A stretch of 64,000 nucleotides of DNA, taken from contig NC_092672.1 of assembly GCF_964355755.1 (NCBI RefSeq), positions 22,581,237 to 22,645,236 on the forward strand. Reading direction: 5' to 3'. Below are positions 26,079 to 38,826 of this stretch, in pieces (position 1 is the stretch's first letter; the number at the start of each line of letters is the position of its first letter). This DNA is from Antedon mediterranea. Taxonomy: Eukaryota; Animalia; Echinodermata. Both the position numbers and the translations under genes were made by a program. The notes beneath the pieces were generated by a model. It was not told the DNA's origin, ran no database searches, and was given only the letters and a program-made list of their open reading frames with translations.

Positions 26079-26401
26079 TCAGTACTTGTACCGTATTTAT
26101 ATTTGTTACTTTCAAAATTAGAGGGAGGGATGCTTTTATTTAGGAAAAGGGTGATTTAAAGCCACAACAGTCTATAGATGATTCTAATGATATGTTGCTT
26201 CATCACCTTTGCTGTTGTCATGAGCTGTTATCACTAAGTATCTACCATTAATATTCAAGTAACTCGTAATCATCTATTTTTTAATGTGTGTGTTACTTTA
26301 ATATAAACCCTACAAATTTTGAATTGACAAATTGTTTTTATTTTAAACCGTTTTAAACATTATACATTGTTTCTGCCTTTTTTTAATTTAGCAGAATTGC
26401 A

Positions 26402-26455
26402 ATGGATCTCATCAAACTAGAACTTCTTGATCTTTGTGCGTTCAATGGCATTCAG
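26402..26455 (+). CDS. Ankyrin-repeat gene, putative first coding exon (MDLIKLELLDLCAFNGIQ)
   Basis: Polypyrimidine tract plus TAGCAG acceptor (exon from 26395), ATG at 26402, CAG|GTAGG donor, phase 0 compatible with the next exon. Confidence 0.6.
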
Positions 26456-27109
26456 GTAGGCAAGTTTACACTGTTTTTTTAGTATAATACAATTTAACCA
26501 GCAACAATTAACTAGCAATACTTAGCTTCTTAGCAACTTAATAAATTGTTCTATGAGCTAACGCGCTGGAAACGGAAGAGAAAGCAAGTAACTAAATGAA
26601 TTAAAAGTCACAATATGGCAGTATAAATAAAATAGAGTCACAACAACTTCAACTTACAGTGCCATAATGGATCACAATGATCATTGTAGTGCTTATAAAT
26701 ACTCTTGGCTCATTTGATGTGATTGTTTTGTTTATTTATTTGACCAGCATGACATCAATACAATACATGCAATAAAATATATGAAAGATGAAAAATGCTG
26801 GGCAGGGGCAGCTTAAGCAAAATACATTGCTGTAAATCAAAGAAGCCAGCTACCCTTCATACAAAAATAAATATTTTAAAAATAATTAAATACAAATTTC
26901 AAATTTTTCTATAAAAATGTCTACAAAAATTAAGACAAGAAGAAAAAAAACTTATTTATTTGGGCAATCTAATATACTATGATAATATTATAATATAATG
27001 GCTGTAATTTAATACAACATGGAATGTATGTTGTCTATGTTTACTATAGTATGTATTTTAATGAAAAATGTAACTGAATGCATATTGATCTATATGTTTT
27101 ATTTCATAG

Positions 27110-27184
27110 ATTGCAAGAGAAAGAACTGCTGAAGAAATTTTCCATTTCATTGTCAGCAACAATGCTGTCAACATCAAGAACCAG
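27110..27184 (+). CDS. Ankyrin-repeat gene exon (IARERTAEEIFHFIVSNNAVNIKNQ)
   Basis: TTTCATAG acceptor, CAG|GTATAC donor, 75 nt phase 0-0; ends in an ankyrin-like VNxKN linker. Confidence 0.65.
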
Positions 27185-28571
27185 GTATACATCAATTTGT
27201 TTTCCTTTGTAATGAATTTGATAATACAGACCTTAAATTACTTGACACTAATTCAAGTGCATCATACTAATTTGTTGAGCATTTTTTAGTGTTAAAAAGT
27301 ATATTGTGTGTTTATATCTTATCTTAGCTGTATGTTAGGTGGTTTGTCAATATAATTTAGTACATTATAGTCTTTCAGTACAATTTGCTTAGACAATTTG
27401 ATTGGCTAATACCCGATTTGAATAATAGCTTGGTAACCCAATCCCCTGTAATTGTAATTAATTTCAGAATCTGAACAATGATATATTTATTCATCTGTTG
27501 AACAAATAACTAACAAACTTCATAAGAAATATATACATCACTGAAAGAAAAATACAAGGCACAAGGCAGTGAAAAAAGGGATGAACAGGTGTCAAACACT
27601 TCTATCCACATTGGACCCCTTGTACAAATAACAAAACATAAAAACACAAACATTTACGATATAAAAATAGCTGAAATGATTCTATTTTAAGTTTCATAAA
27701 GCATGCAACATGCCATCATTTACAACCTGGATTTCACACAGCAGTTTGAAACAAACAATTCAATTTTCCATTTATAAAATGTACCATAACATTAACAAAT
27801 TGACAAAACCTAACCATTTTTGTTAAAAAAGCCTGAAACATGGTAGAACACTGGAGGCCTTTTGCTACCCCTCCACCACCAGTTCCTGTGGCTGATTATT
27901 CAAACTCTATATGATCATTTATATGATCATCCTAACATAGGTATGATGCTATTTTGACACCAAGATTAGTTTGTGTTTTCTCAAAGATACAACCATTCTT
28001 CTGATAAAAATATGTGATGATATGTTTATAATGTGATATAGAAATAATTTGAAAATTAATTTCCCATGTTACTCCATTGAATAAGAACATCATGTCCTTC
28101 TGCGGCAAATGACAGTCATCAATGTTAATGATTGACTTGTAACATTTTCCCTATTTAGAATATACGTCATGAACCAATCATGCACATTAATTTAGATGTT
28201 GGTGCACTACCCACTGATTCTTGAGGCTGACATCAAACCCTATCAGCTCAAGCTCTGTGTTGTATACAGATTTAACCACCAGACTAGTGACTGTTTTATT
28301 ACTACAGTATTACTATTTTATTATTGTATTAAATTATTCAAGACCCAACAGTGTATCAAAACACCAATACAGGATCAAAATAAAAGTACAATTATATTTC
28401 CATGATAAAAATATTAATATAATTAAAAAACTATTCATTAAACATTACCAATTCAACAGATTTAGTTATACAAGTTATTTAAAATGACATTAAATGCTGT
28501 ATAAGTATAAATGTGTAAGTATTACAACTAAAAATATCAATGTTAGGAAAAATTTAACTAGATCATTATAA

Positions 28572-28736
28572 AGCTCTGTTTACACTATTAACCTTCATGT
28601 GACAAAAAAATGTGATTTGCCCATATATGGACAAAATGATGCCATATCACCACCATATTTGGGCAAATCACCACCATATTTGGGCACATCACACATTTTT
28701 TTGTAAATCTAGTCTAGTGATAGTATAGACATAGCT
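28572..28736. mobile_element. Small degenerate Harbinger-like MITE
   Basis: TAA|AGCTCTGTTTACACTAT ... ATAGTATAGACATAGCT; internal inverted repeats. Confidence 0.6.
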
Positions 28737-29952
28737 GAAGTTGAGCAACATTACAGAAAGAACTGTTTTTACTATATAATAGGCACATGAACATGAGTTT
28801 TAAACCGCCTGATTATATACTGAAATTTGATTAATTAATTTGAAACAATAAAGATGAGGAAACATATGAATATTTAAATTACAAATAAATTGACATTTAG
28901 TCCTTATGACACTCAAATCTTAAAACATTAATCCTCTCAACATTTTAAAAATTCTATAAGAATAATATTTAATATAATGTTGTTTTACTCTACTATCACT
29001 TTGTTCTATATTTATTTTACTGCATGTTTGTGTCTTTGTCTTTCTTATTCTGAAATATTTAAAGTTATTGGTCACAGCTGTTTCAACCAATGTAAAATAA
29101 ATAGAAAAAGTCAAGCGCCCTCAATATTGTCAGACGGCGATATGTGCCTGAGCGTGACGCCGCGCGAGTGGTTGAATCTCGTTCAACTTTCGCGACATTT
29201 GCAACTTTTATAACTACACTTTAAATTAATTTAATCAATTTCGTCATAAATATTATAAAACCATTTTTATACTATTTGTTAGAAAATAAGATTCTTAATT
29301 ACCGATTTTTTGGAAATAGTAAGTAATTAAGCATAACAACAAGTTTACGAAATTATTTACACCCGGAAGTTTTAAAAATTAACATCGATCGGCCTAGCAA
29401 ATGTAAACAATGGAAAGTTTGAAAAAATGCTTGTCAAATTGTACACTTTTTGTTTTTATTCGTAATTTTCATAAATACTTGGAAAATCTAGGTAAAAGTT
29501 TGATTATATATGCTTACATGAGACATTGAATTGTTAGGAGGTGACGGTGAAAATCTCAAGAAATTTTCATTTAAAAACTCGACTGTTTTGTTAAATGCGA
29601 AACAGCGTATTTGGCGAGAGGTCGATGAACGCGGCTGATAACCGCTCGCTAGGCTGTACGCAACTAGGCCTAGGTTGTAGCTAGGCCTAGTTGGTACGTA
29701 TAAGTAGTGTAATCATACTATACATCATTTTAATTTACAATAGAATAAATAATAAGCTTAATTATTATCATTGTATTTATTTCAACTGAATATAATTCAT
29801 CATAAATGTAAATATTTAGTAAAACTACTAACTACCAGGCCTAGCTAGGCCCTTAAAATTAAAGCCTATACAAAAATACTCAAACTACTGTATGATAAAT
29901 ATAATATAACATTAAAGGTTGGTAAAATTAAAATTTCTTTTCTTTTTTGTAG

Positions 29953-30072
29953 GCAATACAGTTTCACGAAAAGGCTTTACGTTCTACTTGCTTCTGTTGT
30001 GGAACAAAATTTAAAGAAAAGGATAAAAAATACAACTTAAAAAATATGAAAACCATCACAAATTTGCACTAA
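29953..30072 (+). pseudogene. N-terminal zinc-finger remnant of Chapaev transposase (FHEKALRSTCFCCG)
   Basis: Follows a TTTTTTGTAG acceptor; H-x3-L-x3-C-x2-C-G motif as in the Chapa / RAG1 N-terminal domain. Confidence 0.6.
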
Positions 30073-30650
30073 ATCTAACAAATGTAAAATTACAACCTAT
30101 ATACATTTATACAACCTGCCATTCGCGAATTTTCAATGGATACTGTATACTACCACGCTAACATTTAAATTAACAGGGCATGGACCAAATTGCTTGGCAT
30201 GCTACACTTCAACAACAACTATGACCTGGGCAAAAACTACATTCACAAGTGAAAGAACACACTGGCGTTTAAGGGAACAGTTTTTTGTCTGGTACAGCTG
30301 CTCCATAATCTGCTTTTCTTCTTTATATCTTCACTCTTTTTGAAAGTTTATACTAACAAATTTAATTAAATGAACATACCTCATAATCAAATAACTGTTT
30401 TCTCATCCTAATTTATATACATAGTTTAAAAAGCGCCAATTTTCAATTAAGATTACGTCATACATTGTATATTTCTATTCAACAAAATTGTCAGAACTTT
30501 CTATTATTTAAATGTCTAAGATAGTCAGATCTCGGGTCCATTCTACAGTCACCACAGATTGACTTTTTCATCACAAAATTTCTGAAATTATAAAATGTAT
30601 TAATGTGTAAATTAAGTATTTTTTAATTCCATAAAAATATCATACAAGTA

Positions 30651-30818
30651 TTTTTAGCAGAATACAGGCATATTGCACCAGGTGTAATACAGCCTAAGCT
30701 ACATATGCTTGAGCAACATGCTATTGCATTCATGAGAGAATGGAAGGTGGTCTCTGAGCAAGGCGGGGAGCTAATACATGCCAAACTCAACCGTCACAAA
30801 ACAGCAGTGTGGATTAGA
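30651..30818 (+). pseudogene. C-terminal catalytic remnant of Chapaev/Transib-group transposase
   Basis: FLAEYRHIAPGVIQPKLHMLEQHAIAFMREWKVVSEQGGELIHAKLN; K-x-H-x-L-x2-H...SEQG-x-E-x2-H motif. Confidence 0.85.
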
Positions 30819-31099
30819 GTCAAACTTAGACTCATCTGATTTTCACATCTCCAATGATACAAAATGAAATAATAAAACCCAACAAATGCAAGAAAGCCAA
30901 CAAAGAATGATTCATTAACATTAATGATCATAAAATATTGTACATTTTTAAATGTTAAAGGAATATTGCATTGTATTGATTTCCTTTTAACAATGCCTAA
31001 TGATAATGAATATGTAAAAGTAATACTATAGTATGTCTATATTTCAATTACTAACTAATTACTATTGATTGATAGTACTACTGCTGTACTGTACATGTG

Positions 31100-34000
31100 T
31101 TAGTGATTGATTGTTAAAGTTACAAATTCATAGCATGGTAAACACAATTTATAATTTACTAGTTCTTGAACAGTAAAATAAACTTACCTATATAGATGGT
31201 AGGTATTGGTCCAAATCTGTTTAAAATGTTTTAGCCATTTTGGGTTGCCGCTATATATGTACCTAAAAAATAGTAATAGTAATAGTATAACATTATAATA
31301 AGAATTAATTAAAATTAACTTATTAAATTTACTATGGTTGCATACATACTAATTTGAATATGCAGTGATGAGCAAAAACGAATGTTAAAATTCATTATTT
31401 ATAATAATTGTAATTATTACATACAGGGTAGGCATATATGCCTTATGTCATTGCATAGGGTATATATAACCAGGTATTCTCATAATAAACATTATTTAAA
31501 TAAAATACTGTAAATATATTAAAACTAAAAATAATAATAATTAAATAATAATATATAGGCGTAGAGCCTAGACCTAATTAGGTAGTCTACTTATACCTAG
31601 CCTATTGCTCTAGGCTAGGCTAAATAAGCTGGAAAGCTGCTTCTCTGTAGGCTGCTAGTGTTAGAGAGCACAGGTCTAGCTAGTATATTAAAATAAAAAT
31701 AGGGCCTATAATATAGGCCTAGCCTACCCAGCCAGTGGTAGTGATTGGTTGTTAATATTGAAAATTAATAGCATGGTAAACACAATTTAAAATTTACTAG
31801 TTCTTGAACAGTAAAATAAACTTACCTATAATATAGATGGTAGGTATAGGTATTGGTCAAAATCTGTTTAAAATGATTTTTCCACTTCGGGTTGCCGCTA
31901 TGTACCTAAAAAATAGTAAAACATTACTATAAGAATTAATTAAAATTAGCTTATTAAATTTAATATGGTTGCATACATACTAATTTGAATATGCAGTGAT
32001 AAGCAAAAACGAATGTATAAATTCATTATTTATAATACTGTAATTGTAATTATTACATACAGGGTAGGCATATATGCCTTATGTCATTGCATAGGGTATA
32101 TATAACCAGGTATTCTCATAATAAACATTATTTAAATAAAATACTGTAAATATATTAAAACTAAAAATAATAATAATTAAATAATAATATATAGGCGTAG
32201 AGCCTAGACCTAATTAGGTAGTCTACTTATACCTAGCCTATTGCTCTAGGCTAGGCTAAATAAGCTGGAAAGCTGCTTCTCTGTAGGCTGCTAGTGTTAG
32301 AGAGCACAGGTCTAGCTAGTATATTAAAATAAAAATAGGGCCTATAATATAGGCCTAGCCTACCCAGCCAGTGGTAGTGATTGATTGTTAATATTGAAAA
32401 TTAATAGCATGGTAAACACAATTTAAAATTTACTAGTTCTTGAGCAATAAAATAAACTTACCTACTGTATATAGATGGTAGGCTGCTAGGTATTGGTCCA
32501 AATCTGTTTAAAATGTTTTTGCCACTTCGGGTTGCCGCTATGTACCTAAAAAATAGTAAAACATTATTATAAGAATTAATTAAAATTAGCTTATTAAATT
32601 TAATATGGTTGCATACATACTAATTTGAATATGCAGTGATAAGCAAAAACGAATGTTTAAATTCATTATTTATAATACTGTAATTGTAATTATTACATAC
32701 AGGGTAGGCATATATGCCTTATGTCATTGCATAGGGTATATATAACCAGGTATTCTCATAATAAACATTATTTAAATAAAATACTGTAAATATATTAAAA
32801 CTAAAAATAATAATAATTAAATAATAATATATAGGCGTAGAGCCTAGACCTAATTAGGTAGTCTACTTATACCTAGCCTATTGCTCTAGGCTAGGCTAAA
32901 TAAGCTGGAAAGCTGCTTCTCTGTAGGCTGCTAGTGTTAGAGAGCACAGGTCTAGCTAGTATATTAAAATAAAAATAGGGCCTATAATATAGGCCTAGCC
33001 TACCCAGCCAGTGGTAGTGATTGATTGTTAATATTGAAAATTAATAGCATGGTAAACACAATTTAAAATTTACTAGTTCTTGAGCAATAAAATAAACTTA
33101 CCTACTGTATATAGATGGTAGGCTGCTAGGTATTGGTCCAAATCTGTTTAAAATGTTTTTGCCACTTCGGGTTGCCGCTATGTACCTAAAAAATAGTAAA
33201 ACATTATTATAAGAATTACTTAAAATTAGCTTATTAAATTTAATATGGTTGCATACATACTAATTTGAATATGCAGTGATGAGCAAAAACGAATGTTAAA
33301 ATTCATTATTTATAATAATTGTAATTATTACATACAGGGTAGGCATATATGCCTTATGTCATTGCATAGGGTATATATAACCAGGTATTCTCATAACATT
33401 ATTTAAATAAATACTGTAAATATATTAAACAAAAATTAATAATAATTAAATAATAATAGGCCTATATAGGCGTAGAGCCTAGCCTAATTAGGTAGCCTAC
33501 TTATACCTAGCCTAATTGCTCTAGGCTAGGCTAAATAAGCTGGAAAGCTGCTTCTCTGTAGGCTGCTGCTAGTGATAGAGAGCACAGGTCTAGCTAGTAT
33601 ATTAAAATAAAAATAGGGCCTATGATATAGGCCTAGCCTACCCAGCCAGTGGTAGTGATTGATTGTTAATATTACAAATTAATAGCATGGTACACAATTT
33701 AATATTTGCTACTTCTTGAACAGCAAAATAATCTTACCTATATAGATGGTAGGTATGGTCCAAATCTGCTTAGCCACTTCAGGTTACTGCTCTATATATG
33801 TATCTACAATAGTATAACATTAATAATTATTATAACAATTTTATAAAATTAACTTAACTTATTAAATTTAATATGATTGCATACTAATTTGAATATGCAG
33901 TGATGAGCAAAACCGAATGTTAATATGATGCTTGTCATTATTTATATTGTAATTATTACATACATATAGGCCTATAATATTCCCTATTGCATACATGTTA

Positions 34001-34330
34001 CATAGGGTATATATAATCCTCATAATATTAAATTTACAGTTTTTGTAATGAATACTGTAAATTTAATAAAACTAAAATTAATTATAATGATTAAATAATA
34101 TTAAAAATATATAGGCCTAGGCGTAGATCCTGGGCCTAATTTTAATTAGGTAGCCTACTAATACCTATTATTAGGCTAGTAGGCTAGCCTACTCAAGGCC
34201 AGGCTAACTAAGCCGGAAAGCTGCTTCTCTGTAGTAGGCTGCTAGAGAACACAGGTCTAGCAAGGGCCTAGGCCTAGTATTAAAATAAAAATAGGGCCTA
34301 TAATATATATGCCTACCCTACCCAGCCAGG
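31100..34330. repeat. About 640-bp tandem repeat, 5 copies, inside the Chapaev element
   Basis: Marker ATAGCATGGTAAACACAATTT at about 31130, 31768, 32404, 33044 and 33682; central copies nearly identical, last copy diverged. Confidence 0.93.
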
Positions 34331-35319
34331 CCTAAATAATTAAAATAATGTAACATTTCCAAACTCATTTGGGTCAGCTGTCACATGAAAGGCAGTGTTG
34401 CAACTAGAGTAGACACAAGCCTAAGCCTAAAAATGACACAATTTGAAACGGCCATAGCTCAAAAATTCAACCATCACCTCTCGACCATTACTATGTTATA
34501 ACATTCACAGATAACTAAATTATCATGCAGTACCAAAGAATTAGAGTGAAAATTACATTTTTTAAAGATACGGACAAACAAACATGTACCTAATTTGGAA
34601 ATGTCACTCACGTGCGTCAATTGGTCTATGCTTGTAATTTATGGTCCACCCTTCCATTAATTTTCAGCGTTACATTCCTTGTTAAAAACAAAATGACAAC
34701 ATGCTTGTTTCATCCAGGGACTCTTTAATGAATATTCATATTTTTAGCGACCCTTTATTTTTTTATCTCATTCTCATTGGCTGTTTAAAACATGTCTTTA
34801 AATGACGTTTGACTCCACTCTGCACACGTGGATTTGTAAGTAATTGTTTATGTATTGTTACTCCAGCGATACGACTTGTAACGTTGAGGGCGCATGACTT
34901 AATTCGTATGTTTGAAACAGCTGTGTGGTGAACTACCCTTACCAAAGGAGAATGCTTAAATAGCCTTCGCTAACCATTCACTAGGCATTCGAATGCTAAT
35001 TTACAGGTAATTTTTAGAATTTAGGCATTCATGGTTAAAACCACTTAATCGGAATGCTAAGAAAAGTTTCCAAGCATTCTTTAGGAATGCTTACAAGAGT
35101 CAATAAGCATTCAGAAGCTATCCCGAATGGTAGTGTGAATGCTAAGTTCATTGGTAGCATTCAGGGAGATATTTTGAATGGTAGTGTGAATGCTAAGATC
35201 ATTGGTAGCATTCAGGAAGAGATTTTGAATGGTAGTGTGAATGCCAAGATCATTGGTAGCATTCAGGGAGATATTCTGAATGGTATTGTGAATGCTAAGA
35301 ACATTGGTAGCATTCAGGG

Positions 35320-36880
35320 GGGTGTGTAGAAAGCGACGACCTCGAATTGGACGACCCCAACGACCCGGGCGACCTCGAATTGAACAACCTCGAATTGAAC
35401 GACCCATAACACGAAACCGACGACCCCTATAGCCTAGCCTAGCCTAGGCCTAAGTGTGGTATAACATCCCGAAGCCGAACATAGCCAAAGATCTTTAAAC
35501 TATACCTTATTATATACTCGCAAGCAAGCAATTGATTGAAAAAATACAGAAATATCGCCATTTGATACTGATTGCGTCGACACGAACAAACGAAAAGATA
35601 TGGAACGCCAAGAGTGCATCAATAAAACTGCATTCGACATATTAAAAATAAATTAAAAAGAAATAAATATTATACAATACATGGTTAAACCATGTAATTA
35701 CATACTACAATTTTGTTGGTTTGAAACAGCAAAGGAACTTGTAGTCATATTTAATAATTTAATTGTTTTTAATCTTTCAAGGTAAAAATGCAGTGCACTC
35801 CATAATATTTTTCTCGCGTGTATGCCTACCACGTAAAATCACGTTGTCTCTCAGGACTATTATATTGATATTCTTCGAATGAGGTTAACTAATTATTATT
35901 TTTTATTCACTATCTTTTAATATCATATTTTATTGAATTTTACAATGTTAATACACAAAATATTTTACGAAAAAACGGTGATTTTATGCAATTATTTTAC
36001 TTCAACTGCCGCCTGAGGGGGCAACATGTTTACGTCATTTTTGGCTAAAAACGATCATTTTCGGTCATGTTTTAGGCCTTATATTTTGGAATCTACAAGT
36101 CAGATATTCATAATTATTTCTCTTTAATTATAATATTTAATAATATATACTAAAAACCGTGATATATAAACTTTGGAATATACATCGTTATATCTAATAA
36201 TTAATATAAATAGAACTTCTATTAAATAGAAACGAGCACCGGCGAAAGTATTAAGCATTTGGCGTTTCATAGAAAATAACGTTTTTCTGGCGGCGCCTCA
36301 ACTTGTCGGCGGCTCAACTTGGCCTAATCCTGCATGGGGAGGGCCATAAGAAAGCTTTACATTTCACACATGCATTGTATACGGTCAAACCATGGAGGTA
36401 TAAAAATATTTTTACCAAACCATGGAGCTGGTCAAACCATGGAGCTGGTCAAACCATGGAGCTGGTCAAACCATGGAGTACCTCCATGGTCAAACCTTAC
36501 CTGCCGCTGAAAAAGGGGCCTGGTTTGCCATGTTTATGATATTTCGTGTGCTAATCGAGTCGAATGCAGTTTTAATGATGCACTCTTGGCGTTCCATATC
36601 TGTTCGTTTGTTCGTGTCGACACATTCAGTATCAAATGGCGATATTTCTGTATTTTTTCAATCAATTGCTTGCTTGCGAGTATTATATAAGGTATGGTTT
36701 AAAGATCTTTGGTTATGTTCGGCTTCGGGATGTTATACCATACTTAGGCCTAGGCTAGGCTAGGCTATTATAGGGGTCGTCGGTTTCGTGTTATGGGTCG
36801 TCCAATTCTAGGTCGTCCAATTCGAGGTCGCCCGGGTCGTTGGGGTCGTCCAATTCGAGGTCGTCGCTTTCTACACACCC
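35320..36880. mobile_element. MULE-like element with about 320-bp TIRs and 10-bp TSD
   Basis: TSD GCATTCAGGG (35310-35319, 36881-36890); TIR GGGTGTGTAGAAAGCGACGACCTCGAATTGG; splits a 51-bp tandem array. Confidence 0.9.
36391..36488. mobile_element. 98-bp P-element-like MITE
   Basis: TIR CATGGAGGTA/TACCTCCATG (the inner 10 bp match); 7-bp TSD GTCAAAC. Confidence 0.55.
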
Positions 36881-38826
36881 GCATTCAGGGAGATATTTTG
36901 AATGGTAGTGTGAATGCTAAGAACATTGGTAGCATTCAGGGAGATATGTTGAATGGTAGTGTGAATGCTAAGATCATTGGTAGCATTCAGGAAGAGATTT
37001 TGAATGGTAAACAGGGAAATAATTGAATGCTCAACCAATCAGATCAATCCTCACCAACTGCCAAAAAAACAACCACCAATTCAAATTCAAGAGACCAAAT
37101 GGCTAGAGAAAGGCTGAGTTGAGTGAGTGAGGATGCCTACAGTAGACTGCAGCCTTCCTTCTTTTTACAGCTTACCTGCTGGCAAACCTGACACAGATTT
37201 TGCTGATATAAAAGGTATTGTAGCTAGTTGCTATACTTGTTCTTTTATCATTCTGTATTTGGCTACTAACTAGCTAGGCCTAATAATAATAGGAGGATCA
37301 GTATAGCCACACACAGCCTACTAAGTTGAGTTCAGCAGAGAGGGACCAGGGCTAGGCTACAGTAGATAGTGAGTGGTTTGGGATTCAGTGGTGGTGGTAG
37401 TATCAAAAAGTCCTATCAAAAGTCGAATCCCCTAAGTCACTCCCTTGTTATATTGTGTAGCTGGCCTAGGCTAGTTATAGTATACTCTAGAACCACATTG
37501 TATCACTTATCAAAAAGAAGGGCTAACTAAATAGACAGGTTCCATTTCTCAAAAAACGGCCTAGAAAACGAATCAAGAGGCATTTTTGGGTAGAAGCTGG
37601 GATCCACTTGATTTAGGATATTTCGACCTCGCTGATTACGAATATGGCGGATCCCAAGCGAAATTCGGCCATCTAAGCCCTTAATTTGCATAATTAAAAA
37701 TGGCGGCCATTTTTTATAATTACCCTATATCTCAAGAACCACTAGTCACAGATAATTAATTTTGGTCTGAAAATGTTTTAAATATATGTTTTTATATTCA
37801 CTTTAATGACACATTTTCTCCAAAAATGGATGCAAGTCTTATTTCTGACATTTTGACCTTTGACCTTTATTTATCGTATCTCAGTAACCAATAATCGGAG
37901 AGACATGAAATAGGGCTCAAATTGTTCAGAAACTCTACATTCATATTTATTATAATGAAATGTTTTTACAAAAAATGGCCGATTCTACAACTATTGACCT
38001 TTGAACTATTAGTCAAATATAATAATATAATAATAATATAACTTTGAAAATTGTGGTCTTATGAATTTTTTTTCTTTTTAAATTGTTTAAAACATGTGTG
38101 TTTCTATCCAGTCTAATGGCACATTTTGTACAAGAATGGCCGATAGTATGGTTATTGACCTTTAAACTACAGCATAGGCCTACTGTATACTAAATATAAT
38201 ATAATTGCATAACTATGAAATTATTTATACACAATAATAATTAGTAAAATTATAAAATTCACTGCCATCAAATATGATGTGTTATGATTTATATAGATTT
38301 AAAAAAAAATTGAACACGCAAGTTACATTTGTTGAAATTTGAAATTTGAAATTACCTGCCATCAATATGATGGTGTATGATTATAGATTTTTTTAAATGT
38401 GAACATGTCAGCTACATTTGGAAATTACCTGCCATCAATATGATGGATTATGATTATAGATTTAAAAAAGAATTTGATCACGTAAGCTACATTTGAAAAT
38501 TACCTGCCATCAATATGATGGATTATGATTGTATAGATTTAAAAAAGAATTTGAACACATAAGCTACATTTGGAAATTTGGAAATTACCTGCCATCAATA
38601 TGATGGATTATGATTGTATAGTACCTGCCATCAATATGATGGATTATGATTATAGATTTAAAAAAGAATTTGAACACGTAAGCTACATTTGAAAATTACC
38701 TGCCATCAATATGATGGATTATGATTGTATAGATTTAAAAGAAAATGTAAACACGTAAGCTACATTTGGAATGAACATGTTAAGGGCATCAGTTTAAGAT
38801 CATTCATGCAAAGGTTTCCGTCATCT

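Larger units (their letters stand above)
29073..34925 (+). mobile_element. Internally deleted Chapaev-type DNA transposon
   Basis: TIR CACAGCTGTTTCAA plus a subterminal AAGTCAxGCGCCCTCAA box at both ends; 4-bp TSD TGGT (29069-29072, 34926-34929); transposase remnants inside. Confidence 0.85.

Noticed and set aside
29073-34925. ProtoRAG/Transib assignment
   Set aside because: TSD is 4 bp (TGGT), the 5-bp flanks differ, and no RAG2-like sequence was seen
35054-37026. Repetitive ORFs (NGSVNAKIIGSIQ; GRPIRGR)
   Set aside because: Translations of subterminal and TIR tandem repeats of transposons
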